From positions 391,716,001 to 391,780,000 of the forward strand of contig OZ024740.1 of NCBI GenBank assembly GCA_964016885.1: DNA of 64,000 nucleotides, in the 5' to 3' direction. The translations under genes were made by a program, and so were the position numbers. The notes beneath the pieces are model-generated. The model saw only the letters and a program-made list of their open reading frames with translations. It searched no databases and was not told the DNA's origin. Of the stretch, positions 11,980 through 26,600 are shown one piece after another. The stretch comes from Eledone cirrhosa. Lineage: Eukaryota. Position 1 is the first letter of the stretch, and each line of letters begins with the position of its first letter.

Positions 11980-14159
11980 ATTATCTGAAAACTACATACA
12001 ATGAATGTTCTCTATCGGGCATGCTATTGTGTAAGATCTGTCCTTATGTTAGAGACATCAAGTTTATGGCTGTGTCTGAATATTGAGCTATTTTTGATAG
12101 ATTATAACAACGTTTTTGTACTGCTTTTTCCCCAAATCAATTGAAAATCGCTTATTGTTGCTTTAACGACTAATATTTCATCATATAATTGTCTTGTCAT
12201 TTATACAGATAAGAGACATCTGGAGTAGAAAGAAACATCTTTGGTGATTCTGTTTTCTACATTAAACTTCGATCGGTATATTATCTGCAATACGATTAAT
12301 AGTCTAGAAATCTTAAACTGTTCTAGCTGTAAATCAACTTAAAACTGCTGGTACGTAAGAAGCAGCTGGTTTGAAAAGGTTGGTTTAACATGAATTAGAA
12401 AAAACGATACAATAAAAATGTTCATTCTTTCACATGAAGCATTCTTATATTGCCTTGTAAAGTTAGAATACATTTGTTTTCTTTTTAAGTTTTTTTGTCT
12501 TCATCGTTTGATTTAGGTTGCTTCATATAAGACAAGGATTAAAAGATATATTGATATTTTCGAGATCCTATCGATCTCAATATTGTTTTCTTTTGAGAAA
12601 ATACATTAAAGATGAGCCTATTTCAAATCCAATAAATGACTTGAACGCAACAATATAATGTTTAAGATATACGAACATTCTACAATTAGTTGACATCAAT
12701 ACACATCTCTATTACGTCCAACTGACTACTATTCCAGCAAATCTAGCAATGTCTCACCCCACTTTAGTAGACAGCCAAGTTAAAATCGTTTATATATTAA
12801 ACATTATTCCACGAATGACCTAAAATAAATGAATCATATTCTTTACTTTCTCATCTTAGATGATTTCCATTTTTTGCTGCACCTTTTCATACCATTGCCC
12901 TTTCAATTAGTATTTCTAGTTCTTGTAGTTGTTGTTTTTGTTGTTATTGTTGCTTATGTTGTTCACACATTCACCAAGAAGCGGTTACTTTTCTTGTTAG
13001 TGTTGTCTTCTTTACCTTCAATGTCGGTTAAACCCATAGCAACGCCCAAAAAATCAAGGTTAATTCCCGCCAAAACTTTCTGACTTCCTTCGAATGTAAA
13101 GTGAACACAGTTGTAAAACTTCACTGTATAAAATGCCTCGATTAGCAAGAAAGGAAATTATTTTTCTCTGATTGGTAGCAAATAATGAAAGAACCTGTAT
13201 GGCGGACGAAGTTGAACGATATGTTAATAGAATCTTTTAAGACCCCATCACGTACTACATAACGTGTGAGGTGATGGTGAAGAAACAATTTCTATCGTTC
13301 AGTTTTGTCAATGAGTTAGAGCTGAGAGAAGTCTGTAGTAATGTTGTTGTTTTTTTTCGTTGGTCCTGTTCTTTTTGTGTGTCTGTTGTTCATTTTCTTT
13401 TGTTATTTTATTCTTTTTACATGAAAGAAATATCTTCTTCAAGTGTACGAGCATAAAATGGAGAATTAGTAAAATGGAGAGTAGGCAAAAGAGGTATTTA
13501 ATACTTCACAAATGAGAAGGCAAAATGCATAATTGGAGATTTTGTTTCCCAGTTTCATGGTGTCTTTTATTCCTTATAAAATGTGGCTATAACGTCCCAA
13601 TCAGTTCAATCAGTCGAAATAACACATCAACAGCATGAACAACAACAACAGTTAATTGCTTCAAAGTTAAACTCTCTAAACAGTACAGAAAGGAGTAAGG
13701 AGGTTGAGATGGACACATAAATGAACCTCTTCTCTAGACGCAGTTACAGAAGAGTTATTCATAAATCAGCAGTTATGAGAAATACATGTAAGGGTTTTTT
13801 AATTGTAGTGTCAGGAAGTTTAGAGTGATAAATCAAACGAGATTAGGGATTCAAAGTAAGACTCTATAAGGTCATCCAAATAAGGTAAATGAGGGAGACC
13901 ATATTAAATTATAACTACCTCATGGAAAATAATTTCAGCCTTTTAAAAACACATAAAACTGTTATATTTACCTTTCACATATTTCTTACTTTCTATTATG
14001 AGGTAGCTAAACATCCTATCGCGCTTCTGTGACACAATTGCACCATATCTCAGATCAAGTCACTAGTCAAAGATGTACAAATTTGATATTAAATTATGTA
14101 GTGCTAGGTGGACTATGAATGGCAAAGAAAGGGAATATTACGGATAGAACACCTTAGAT

Positions 14160-15761
<1,602 letters not shown>

Positions 15762-16104
15762 CCTTAGATGATAGCTCTACTCGATCAGGGCTGACAATAA
15801 CATTGTCAAATGGATTAACAGGAAAAATGAATTGTATCAACTATAACAACTACAAATCTAACATAGTATATCTTTGACTTCTTCTGACGCCTAAGTAGGT
15901 GCTTAGGATAAAGAAGATTAGCTGTATGCTTCAAGAAAATAATAAAAGATCAACGTCAGTCGAACGATCTTTAGATGGAAATTAGATCAATATATCCAGA
16001 AAATATTAATGAATGGCTGGTAGATATGTTATCAAAGTATCGGCAATAACATCCTCAACCAAGGCAACAGCAACTTCAAAACTGATGAGGGAACATGTGT
16101 GTGT

Positions 16105-16265
16105 GTGAGTGCTCTAATTGTTAGACATAGCAGCTAAATTCTCTCACATCACAGATAGCCATCTTATAAAATAACGACACGTTGACTCATACAGTTTAAT
16201 GTATCGAAAAATATATGAAATGTTTTTGATCAAAGGTCTGCTCAACTAATGCTGATCTTGTACTA
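16105..16265 (-). mobile_element. Diverged dispersed repeat (second SINE-like family)
   Basis: Reverse-complement similarity to 19715-19895 (TAGCAGCTAAAT..CACATCAC; GATCAAAGGTCTGCTCAA). Confidence 0.5.
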
Positions 16266-17493
16266 AATCGCAAAGCCAACAGCAGCAACAGTAAACAGAT
16301 TTCTATTTCGCTATTGAGTATCTGCGAAAACAGTTTTAATATTATTGCGTAATCAAGATTTTACTCAACTCGACAATATCGCCTAGAAGAAAATGCTGCA
16401 GATAAGTGCCGTGCATGTTACATTCAAATACGACAGGATCTTCTTACATATAGTGAGTTGAAAAACGTCAATCAACTTCTATTACCCAAGTCAAATGAAG
16501 ACACAACGTCTGCTATGATATATAAAATGGAAGCAAGAACAAGTAAGGGGGACAATTCCAAGTGATCAGCTGAATTTTGGAATTTCTAGACAATGTAGAT
16601 AATGCAGAGGGTGGATATGATCTTTATAACCGAATGGTGAAATTAACGAGCATGTTTTTGTTTTATTAGATCTCATTAACGAAGTATTATCTAAGTTAGA
16701 AAGACAAAGACCTATCAATATTTATAGAAATAGAGGGTATATTCTGTCAATAATTATGAAGTAAAAAACATGTTTTGGTTGCAAAATTAAATACTAAAAT
16801 ATTTGATAACTGAAAATTATTATAGAATAATGATTTATCGATCATCATCATGTCAATAATATGCACAATGCGCACCTTTGTAAATCTATGCAGTTTTATA
16901 TAGTAGTGGTATATCTGTCTACAACTAAATCCTTTCTTCAAAAAGCCTTAAAATTCAAAAAGATAATGGTTCGGATATTAATATTATTATTATGCACGCT
17001 AAGAGAATTTCGCTATTTTGCTATTATTCACTTTTAGCTAAATGTAGCGACTGGAGGTTGTGAATTCATTTTAGACGTATTCCGAAAAGGATTCCTCTTC
17101 GCGGATTTCGGGTTTTACCGAAATGGTGGACTCCCTATTTTTTTTAAATTGAATGGCTATACATTGGATGTTGTTATGAAGGAGTTCATCAGCATATTCA
17201 AGGTGCTTGATTTAAAGATCACAATAGCTAATATTGGTTTCTCTAACTCTAGATTTAGATACTCATAGCATTTTGTTAATGTTGAAAACTAAGAAGCTGA
17301 AATATTTTTTCTGACACTTTCTATCTCATTGTTATTTCCAAATATATTAATCTACATTTATATCGGCAATAATATTATCTTTATATTCTATCGCTTATTT
17401 TTTAAGCAGATAGCTATGTCTTTGCTTCTTGATATATTTCATGTTAAATGATAGCATGGAGTTTCTTATAGTTATTGGTGATATTATTAGATA

Positions 17494-17625
17494 TTACGTC
17501 CCTTTACGATCTGAGTTCAAATCCCGCCGAGGTTGACTTTGCCTTTCATCCTTACGGGGTCGATAAAATAAAGTACCAGTAATGCACTGGGTAATTGCTG
17601 GCCTTGTGCCTAAAGTAGAGACAAT
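17494..17625 (+). mobile_element. tRNA-derived SINE, 5'-truncated
   Basis: Almost identical to the reverse complement of 467-598. B box GAGTTCAAATCCC. Confidence 0.88.
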
Positions 17626-18267
17626 TATTAGATAGATAGCTGTGGTAGATGTGGCTATCAGATTCAAAAAGATAGATATTTCTATAAGAATTTGAAAATA
17701 TTATTGCAAGAGAGCAGCATAAACAATAGCAAGCTATCAGAAACAACAAGGCGAAATATTTTGTTTATTAACTGGACGTTACATATTTTCTCAGTTTCTT
17801 TCTTGATATGCATTTACTTAACATACAAAGTAATGTATTATCATGCAGTTTTATGACCAAGGTAAAAGGTAGTGGACGGCAGAATCAGGCAAAGAATCAG
17901 GCAAAGTTCAAATCTCGCTAAAGATGTCACTTCTTTTCAAATAACGGAACATGGTTTAATTCAAGAGATTTCACCTTTCTTCAATATTTGATCCAAAATT
18001 TGCAATCGATATTTACTGCTAGCTACGAACATGGAAGAATAAAATTGTATAATTCAACAAGATTTATGGAAATTACCTTCCACTGCCAGAAGTTGGATAA
18101 TTTAATTACGGATTACAGTAGATTTATAGGAATGAGTATATTTAACTCAGCATTGAAAATATTATCAGTGATGTTCAAATGGATTAAAGACTGCCGCCTA
18201 TTTGCCCACAACATACCAATTTCTCACTTCTTTTGATTATGCCTTTAAATATTTGTAATGTATTCAA

Positions 18268-18476
18268 TGGATTGACAGTATCGGTGAAGCGTCAGACAAG
18301 ATGCATTAAGGCATTGAGCTTCGGACATTTACGATCTGAGTTCAAATCCTACCGAGGTTAACTTTGACTTTCATCCTTACGGGTCAATAAAATAAAGTAC
18401 CAGTAATTCACTGGGGTCGATTTAATTAATTTTCCCCTTCCCCAAAATTTTTGGCCTTGTGCCTAAATAAGAAACC
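18268..18476 (+). mobile_element. tRNA-derived SINE, older copy
   Basis: TGGATTGACAGTATCGG...GAGTTCAAATCC...AATAAAGTACCAG...GGCCTTGTGCCTAAATAGAAAC. Confidence 0.85.
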
Positions 18477-18597
18477 AATATATTGAATGTATAATTTTCT
18501 AATGCTCTGTGGAATATATTCTGACTTTCTAAATTCAATCTTCGAAAATTCAATTTACAATTTGCGTGTCTGGTTATATAAAAACATATATAAAGGC

Positions 18598-18601
18598 TGT
18601 A

Positions 18602-18657
<56 letters not shown>

Positions 18658-18662
18658 ATATA

Positions 18663-18745
<83 letters not shown>
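18598..18745. repeat. (TA)n(TG)n microsatellite
   Basis: Seen directly. Confidence 0.95.
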
Positions 18746-18746
<1 letters not shown>

Positions 18747-19640
18747 GTCTGGCTGTATGAATATATGTATATATTTCATTATTATTTATATATTCACTCA
18801 TACACAATTTACATATATTGTCTCATGTAATTTTGTCAGCAGAGAGTTGCACACTCGTGACTTGATTAATTAATATATTTCCAATATCAAAAACACAAAT
18901 TCTAAACAGGGAACCATATGTCAATATTTACTCTATTTGAAAAAATATTTCCCGTTTATCCTGATTTATTTTCTATACTATATGAAATTTGTAGAGTTAT
19001 GCCAGCCAAAATTAAATGGTAAAACTCTAAATTGTTAAAAATATTCACCGAACATTCCGAATCACTTTCTTTGACGTTTTTTATTGCTTTCTAATTTTGA
19101 TTCTGTTCTCATTTGAAATGATGTTGGTGTTGCTTCTATTTAAAACGTGTTTCTCGTTGTTGCTGATTGAAGCTGCTCTTGCTGTTGATACTGCTAATAC
19201 TGCTGCTGCTGCAATTGCAGCGGTTATTATTTTTTTTTCGTAGTTTTTTTAAATAATTTTAATGGAATACATATATATATATATATATATATGGAATAAT
19301 TGGCTAAAGTAGCTTTGAAATATTGTAACGTTGTTTCTTTCGTGTTATCTGATGTAGTGTAATATAGTATACGTTAATATAAAAATGTATTACTATACAT
19401 TTAGAGTGAAAATAAAAGGCACTGTAGTGAATGTTTGGGGTGATTCCAATATGGTTGTGCTTCTTATGCATATAACTTCGTATTTCAAAGTCGCAATGTA
19501 TTCGAAATATTTCAATTTGTATACTGCTTAATTTGTGTCCTTTGTCTGGCTGGTGTTATTTGTGGTTAGGAATAGTGCTAGATTCGTGTAGTGATGTTGA
19601 CGTCTCATAGTTTTACTTGTTCATTTTGGCATTGCAGCTG

Positions 19641-19702
<62 letters not shown>
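19641..19702. repeat. (CTA)n microsatellite
   Basis: About 20 perfect units. Confidence 0.95.
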
Positions 19703-19714
19703 GTAGCTTTTTAA

Positions 19715-19895
19715 CTTTTGGTCAATCCTAATCGAACAGACATTTTTCAACGTTTTCCAGATGTCACCTTCCAGTCCTTTTGGTGGTGCGTTGGCCTACA
19801 TTATCTAATGTTTCTTTTCCTTATTTATGATAATAGCGTGTGATTAAATAGAATGTTTGCTGCTATTTTGAGCAAGTTGGGTGATCACACATAAA
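19715..19895 (+). mobile_element. Diverged dispersed repeat (second SINE-like family)
   Basis: Related in inverted orientation to 16105-16265. Resembles a common octopus repeat as I recall it. Confidence 0.5.
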
Positions 19896-21324
19896 CTCTC
19901 GTGTGTGTGTATGTGGTGGGGGTGATGTGCTATGTCTTAATGTAAGAAAGAAGGAATGTAATAAAGTATAATATATGTAGGTTGATGCAAACAGTGGTTT
20001 CAATTGTTTCTTTATATCTAAAACCTTCGAGTTATTCTATCATTCCATATTTACTTTTCAAATAATTCCATCTGTAAAAATTCAATAGTTTGTCTGTCAT
20101 CAGGAAGAACACCAAACTACACTTGTTCTGCCACTAATTTCTTAGTTGGAGGAGATTGAGATTGCATGGTATTTATGCTTTTCTAAACAGAAATTTGCAA
20201 CATAGATAAAATAAATAGTTTTAACCGAAAATAGCATCAGGTTCGTAGAAATAAAATATTTCTATCTTTACTACACAATATTATGGAGGTGTAGAATAAG
20301 GTTGAGTACGATACATGCTTTCTTTAATGGCATTAGCAACGTATGGGTAGTGAAATGGTTACAACAAAAATGGTTCGTTGAAGAGATAAAATTGACTTGT
20401 TACATCATTGGTACAAGAACGGACAATTTTAGTAGAGGTGAATGGATGTACTAGACTGACAAAATACTGAATTGTAAATAGCTTTATTGAGGCTGTAGGA
20501 ATGCGAGTTAAAATAAACCCCAGTGGAATTAAAACTCAGAATTCCATTGTTTTATTTTTTCCCGAATAGAGAACATAGCATTAATATCAATGTATATGAC
20601 AAGTATATATCCACTTTAAAATCTTTGACCTTTGTAGTTAAAGTTTATCTATATTGGCCTATGTCAAACTCTTTGTATTGTGCTTCAAGCAAAGAAATAT
20701 CATTTCCTTTCAATATTTTAGCAAGTTCTCTAACTGCTTTAAAGGCAGTTTTCTTTAAATGTTTGCTGAAGAAGTTCAAAGAATCAATTTCTTGTCATGA
20801 AATTGGGGTATGTACACTGAAATAAACGAACATTCATGATAAGAGTTTAGTAGAGATTATTGACCGTTTCAAAAACATTAAACTGTAGCTCTTTTCAAAT
20901 AACTAGCTATAAAACGAGAATTCCTTATTTCTCCATGTATATTCTGCTTCATATATCACTTTTCCTATGACTTTGTTATTTAAGTAATAAATCTATGTTT
21001 ACAAAAACAGCATATTGGCTGAAATGGAACAGAAATAAACTAAAACTAAGCTCATTAATAGCCAACAAGGAAAGCTTCTGATAGGTCGCTTGTCCTGCAA
21101 AAAATACCAGCGAAAGTTTCCCGCCAATCACAGTCAACCTTCTTAAAAAAATGGATGGCGTGGCTTGAATAATGTAGTCTTCGTATACGAAATGACAGTA
21201 ATGCTTCTGCTGAAACGCCTTTAATCTGCGCAATTGTTCGATTAGTAAGACATAGCAGATTAATCTCCCTACTGCTTGAATTATGGATTGGGCACCTGAG
21301 TTAATATAATCATAGATAAAGGGC

Positions 21325-21515
21325 AGTATATTGGAGAATTGGAAGACAATCAGCTAAAACGACATTGCGGTATTTGTCCGGGCTCTTTACGTTCAACTAC
21401 CAATTTACCTTCATCTTTCCCGTTTCGATAAAATAAAGTACCAGAAATATACTGGAACATATTTAATCAATTTTGCCCTTCCCCAAATATTTGTTAACCA
21501 TGTGCCTAGAAATTG
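21325..21515 (+). mobile_element. Highly diverged tRNA-derived SINE
   Basis: CTTTACGTTC...TTCATCTTTCC..TCGATAAAATAAAGTACCAG...CCCTTCCCCAAA..TGTGCCTAGAA. Confidence 0.7.
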
Positions 21516-23340
21516 ATATAATTTTAGATACGCCTAAATGTAGGAGTGGAATATCTGTACCATATGTCTCCTCGATGAGGGTTCATCCCGATCTAAACAA
21601 AAGTATCAACTACTCTTTCATATATTGAATTAGAAGTTTCCTCTCAGATATCTTCATTGCAGTATGTGTTTCTGGGACTCACAATATATCAGCTCTGGCA
21701 TATCTCGACATGCAATTAAATCTCCCTCACTCTTCTTTTTGCACAATAACGATTTACTCGTTGCATTATATTTCATGGTTAATGCAGATGGTTCGGCTTC
21801 AAGAAATACACTACTATGCACCCTTCTTCATCATGAACAACTCAGCTAAATTGGTACCATTCTCTATAAATAATATGGCCTTAATTCTCTGATGAATTTC
21901 TATTACAATCATTGCATTAAGATGACTAGGCATTTGCATTGGTTCAGTTTCCGAAGCTCTGCAATGTACAATCTCGCTCCCACATCTTCGTCGTTGCTGT
22001 TACTACATACACAAACATTCATGACCACGTCCCAAGATAGGCTGACCAATTAACATTTCTTTCGTGATATGCTGCAACTATAACTCAATACATTCTTCAG
22101 TTTCCTCTACTGTTACAACACCGGATTCTCCTATGAACTAGAATACATTTTACCATCTTAGCCAATCTTATTAGATGGATTTGCATTCGCTCATCTCACC
22201 ATCTTTTCTAGATTGCATGCTAAATATTCCTTCACTCCTACCACACCAGAATTGCTTCTGTCTTAAAATCTTCTTCTCATGACGCCACTAATAAGTACCT
22301 CGCAGCAAGTAAGTTGGCACCAACGGCGTATCAACCTCATAGATTTCCCGTCTCAAAAATAAAATAAAACTATGAGTAATGTTCGTTTGCCTTGGATGCA
22401 ATAAAAATCTTGTAGTTAAATTTTAACTTGGTAAATAAGAGAGTCGATTATATCTACGATCAGTGTGGAAATATTGTTTGTGTTATAATGAGGTTTCATG
22501 AAACTAAAAGCTTCTACAAATGTTTGGTTATTTAAAAGTAGTGACACTATTCATAGTGAGATAATGTCTAGCCTGGAGAGGAATATTTGTACAAAGATGC
22601 ATTTTGCGAGGTTGTTTATTCGGTGATGGTAGCATAATAGTTATAAAAATCAATTGTGTAGACTTCGAGACATAATAAGATATCGTAGATAGCTATACTT
22701 TCAAGATGATTATAAATCAGTACTATGTAGATTTTACGCAGACTATTATTAAATAAATTAAAATTGTTGTGTATTTTAATTTGTGATTTTCTGTATTAAT
22801 ATTTCCCTGCAGTGCTTGTATTGTGATTGTTTTTTAATATTCTGGAAACAAATGATATTTATATGTTACACTTTTCCCTCACAGCCATTCTGTTATTTAT
22901 CTATTTTTTGTGCCAACCTGCTCTAAGGTGAAGTATGTTTGTGTCTTCAAAGATCAAAGCTTCATTAAGAAGATATCAGTATCTAGTAGGAGGACTGAAA
23001 ATGAAAATCACATAGGCAGTTGCACAGAACAATAGCATTAATACGCTTAAAAGAAAAATTCAAACCATTTAACTAACTATTACATTTATCTAAAATAAGA
23101 TTAAAAAGTAAAAATCAATTCACGTTCGACGTAATAAATGTATTATTTACTGTTTTTAAGCGTTTTGACATTATGGTGCATATTGTATATTTCTAATTTA
23201 CTTTATATCTTCAAACATGTTTACCAATATTTTCTCGTTATTTTTCATGTCTAAGCCTATTTCAAGAGTCACCAGAAAAATCGCAGGTCATGAAACACGG
23301 ATGTCATTCTCATCTTTAGTTTATATATATATACACACTC

Positions 23341-23380
<40 letters not shown>

Positions 23381-23680
23381 AGTATCTCATGCTACTTCTG
23401 TACATTAGTATCATGCTGATATCTAGATGTTTAAACACAGTGATCTTCGGCAGATATTCCTAGTCGTTGAGGAAGCAATACAAACGTTTTCTTTTTCAAT
23501 TACTGCGAAAGTATATTGACGAACGCTGTGTCTATACATATGGATATCAATTTGAAACTAGCCATAGTATGGTTATAACACACATATGCCTTATATAAAA
23601 GGCGAATGCAAAGAAACTATCTATTTAAAATGTTTAATAATAACAATATTAATTATTGGTTAATTTTCATAAAACAGGTT

Positions 23681-26600
23681 TTGTTTGGAGTGGTATTGGC
23701 ACCAGCATTGTTTGGAATGGTATAGGTACCAGCATTGTTTGGAGTGGTATTGGCACCAGCATTGTTTGGAATGGTATTGGTACCAGCATTGTTTGGAATG
23801 GTATTGGCACCAGCATTGTTTGGAATGGTATTGGCACCAGCATTGTTTGGAAAGGTATTGGCACCAGCATTGTTTGGAGTGGTATTGGCACCAGCATTGT
23901 TTGGAATGGTATTGGCACCAGCATTGTTTGGAGTGGTATTGGCACCAGCATTGTTTGGAATGGTATTGGCACCAGCATTGTTTGGAATGGTATTGGCACC
24001 AGCATTGTTTGGAATGGTATTGGCACCAGCATTGTTTGGAAAGGTATTGGCACCAGCATTGTTTGGAGTGGTATTGGCACCAGCATTGTTTGGAATGGTA
24101 TTGGCACCAGCATTGTTTGGAATGGTATTGGCACCAGCATTGTTTGGAAAGGTATTGGCACCAGCATTGTTTGGAGTGGTATTGGCACGAGCATTGTTTG
24201 GAATGGTATTGGCACCAGCATTGTTTGGAATGGTATTGGCACCAGCATTGTTTGGAGTGGTATTGGCACCAGCATTGTTTGGAGAGGTATTGGCACCAGC
24301 ATTGTTTGGAGTGGTATTGGCACCAGCATTGTTTGGAAAGGTATTGGCACCAGCATTGTTTGGAGTGGTATTGGCACCAGCATTGTTTGTAATGGTATTG
24401 GCAACAGCATTGTTTGGAATGGTATTGGCACCAGCATTGTTTGGAATGGTATTGGCACCAGCATTGTTTGTAATAGTATTGGCACCAGCATTGTTTGGAA
24501 TGGTATTGGCACCTGCATTGTTTGGAGTGGTATTGGCACCAGCATTGTTTGGAATGGTATTGGCACCAGCATTGTTTGGAGTGGTATTGGCACCAGCATT
24601 GTTTGGAATGGTATTGGCACCAGCATTGTTTGGAAAGGTATTGGCACCAGCATTGTTTGGAGTGGTATTGGCACCAGCATTGTTTGGAATGGTATTGGCA
24701 CCAGCATTGTTTGTAATAGTATTGGCACCAGCATTGTTTGGAGTGGTATTGGCACCAGCATTGTTTGGAATGGTATTGGCACCAGCATTGTTTGGAGTGG
24801 TATTGGCACCAGCATTGTTTGGAATGGTATTGGCACCAGCATTGTTTGGAGTGGTATTGGCATCAGTATTGTTTGGAATGGTATTGGCACCAGCATTGTT
24901 TGGAGTGGTATTGGCACCAGCATTGTTTGGAGTGGTATTGGCACTAGCATTGTTTGGAATGGTATTGGCACCAGCATTGTTTGGAATGGTATTGGCACCA
25001 GCATTGTTTGGAATGGTATTGGCACCAGCATTGTTTGGAATGGTATTGGCACCAGCATTGTTTGGAATGGTATTGGCACCAGCATTATTTGGAATGGTAT
25101 TGGCACCAGCATTGTTTGGAAGGGTATTGGCACCAGCATTATTTGGAGTGCTATTGGCACCAGCATTGTTTGGAATGGTATTGGCACCAGCATTGTTTGG
25201 AGTGGTATTGGTACCAGCATTGTTTGGAATGGTATTGGCACCAGCATTGTTTGGAGTGGTATTGGCACCAGCATTGATTGTAATGGTATTGGCACCAGCA
25301 TTGTTTGGAATGTTATTGGCACCAGCATTGTTTGGAATGGTATTGACACCAGCATTGTTTGGAATGGTATTGTCACCAGCTTTGTTTGCAATGGTATTGG
25401 CACCAGCATTGTTTGGAATGGTATTGGCACCAGCATTATTTGGAATGGTATTGGCACCAGCATTGTTTGGAATGGTATTGGCACCAGCATTGTTTGGAGT
25501 GGTATTGGCACCAGCATTGTTTGGAATGGTATTGGCACCAGCATTGTTTGGAGTGGTATTGGCACCAGCATTGTTTGGAGTGGTATTGGCACCAGCATTG
25601 TTTGGAATGGTATTGGCACCAGCATTATTTGGAATGGTATTGGCACCAGCATTGTTTGGAATGGTATTGGCACCAGCATTGTTTGGAGTGTTATTGGCAC
25701 CAGCATTGTTTGGAATGGTATTGGCACCAGCATTGTTTGGAATGGTATTGGCACCAGCATTGTTTGGAGTGGTATTGGCACTAGCATTGTTTGGAATGGT
25801 ATTGACACCAGCTTTGTTTGGAATGGTATTGGCACCAGCATTGTTTGGAATGGTATTGGCACCAGCATTGTTTGGAATGGTATTGGCACCAGCATTGTTT
25901 GAAATGGTATTGGCACCAGCATTGTTTGGAATGGTATTGGCACCAGCATTGTTTGGAGTGGTATTGGCACCAGCATTGTTTGGAATGGCATTGGCACCAG
26001 CATTGTTTGGAATGGTATTGGCACCAGCATTGTTTGGAATGGTATTGGCACCAGCATTGTTTGGAATGGTATTGGTACCAGCATTGTTTAGAATGGTATT
26101 GGCACCAGCATTGTTTGTAATGGTATTGGCACCAGCATTGTTTCGAATGGCATTGGCACCAGCATTGTTTGGAATGGTATTGACACCAGCATTGTTTGGA
26201 ATGGTATTGGCACCAGCATTGTTCGTAATTGTATTGGCACCAGCATTGTTTGGAGTGGTATTGGCACCAGCATTGTTTGGAGTGGTATTGGCACCAGCAT
26301 TGTTTGGAGTGGTATTGGTACCAGCATTGTTTGGAATGGTATTGGCACCAGCATTGTTTGGAATGGTATTGGCACCAGCATTGTTTTGAATGGTATTGGC
26401 ACCAGCATTGTTTGGAATGGTATTGGCACCAGCATTGTTTGGAGTGGTATTGGCACCCGCATTGTTTGGAGTGGTATTGGCACCCGCATTGTTTGGAGTG
26501 GTATTGGCACCAGCATTGTTTGGAATGGTATTAGCACCAGCATTGTTTGGAATGGTATTGGCACCAGCATTGTTTGGAATGGTATTGGCACCAGCATTGT

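Noticed and set aside
12829-13148. Short ORFs 12829-13083 (+) and 12963-13148 (-) as membrane or other proteins
   Set aside because: Hydrophobicity comes from GTT-rich low complexity and no recognisable family motif is present.
17178-17210. HLEYADEL on the minus strand resembling an RT YADD motif
   Set aside because: Isolated, second Asp absent, and no flanking RT motifs in the right order.
23660-23680. Splice acceptor TTTTCATAAAACAG at the array start
   Set aside because: Weak pyrimidine tract, ACAG may be a diverged ACCAG of the first unit, and all + frames hit stops inside the array.
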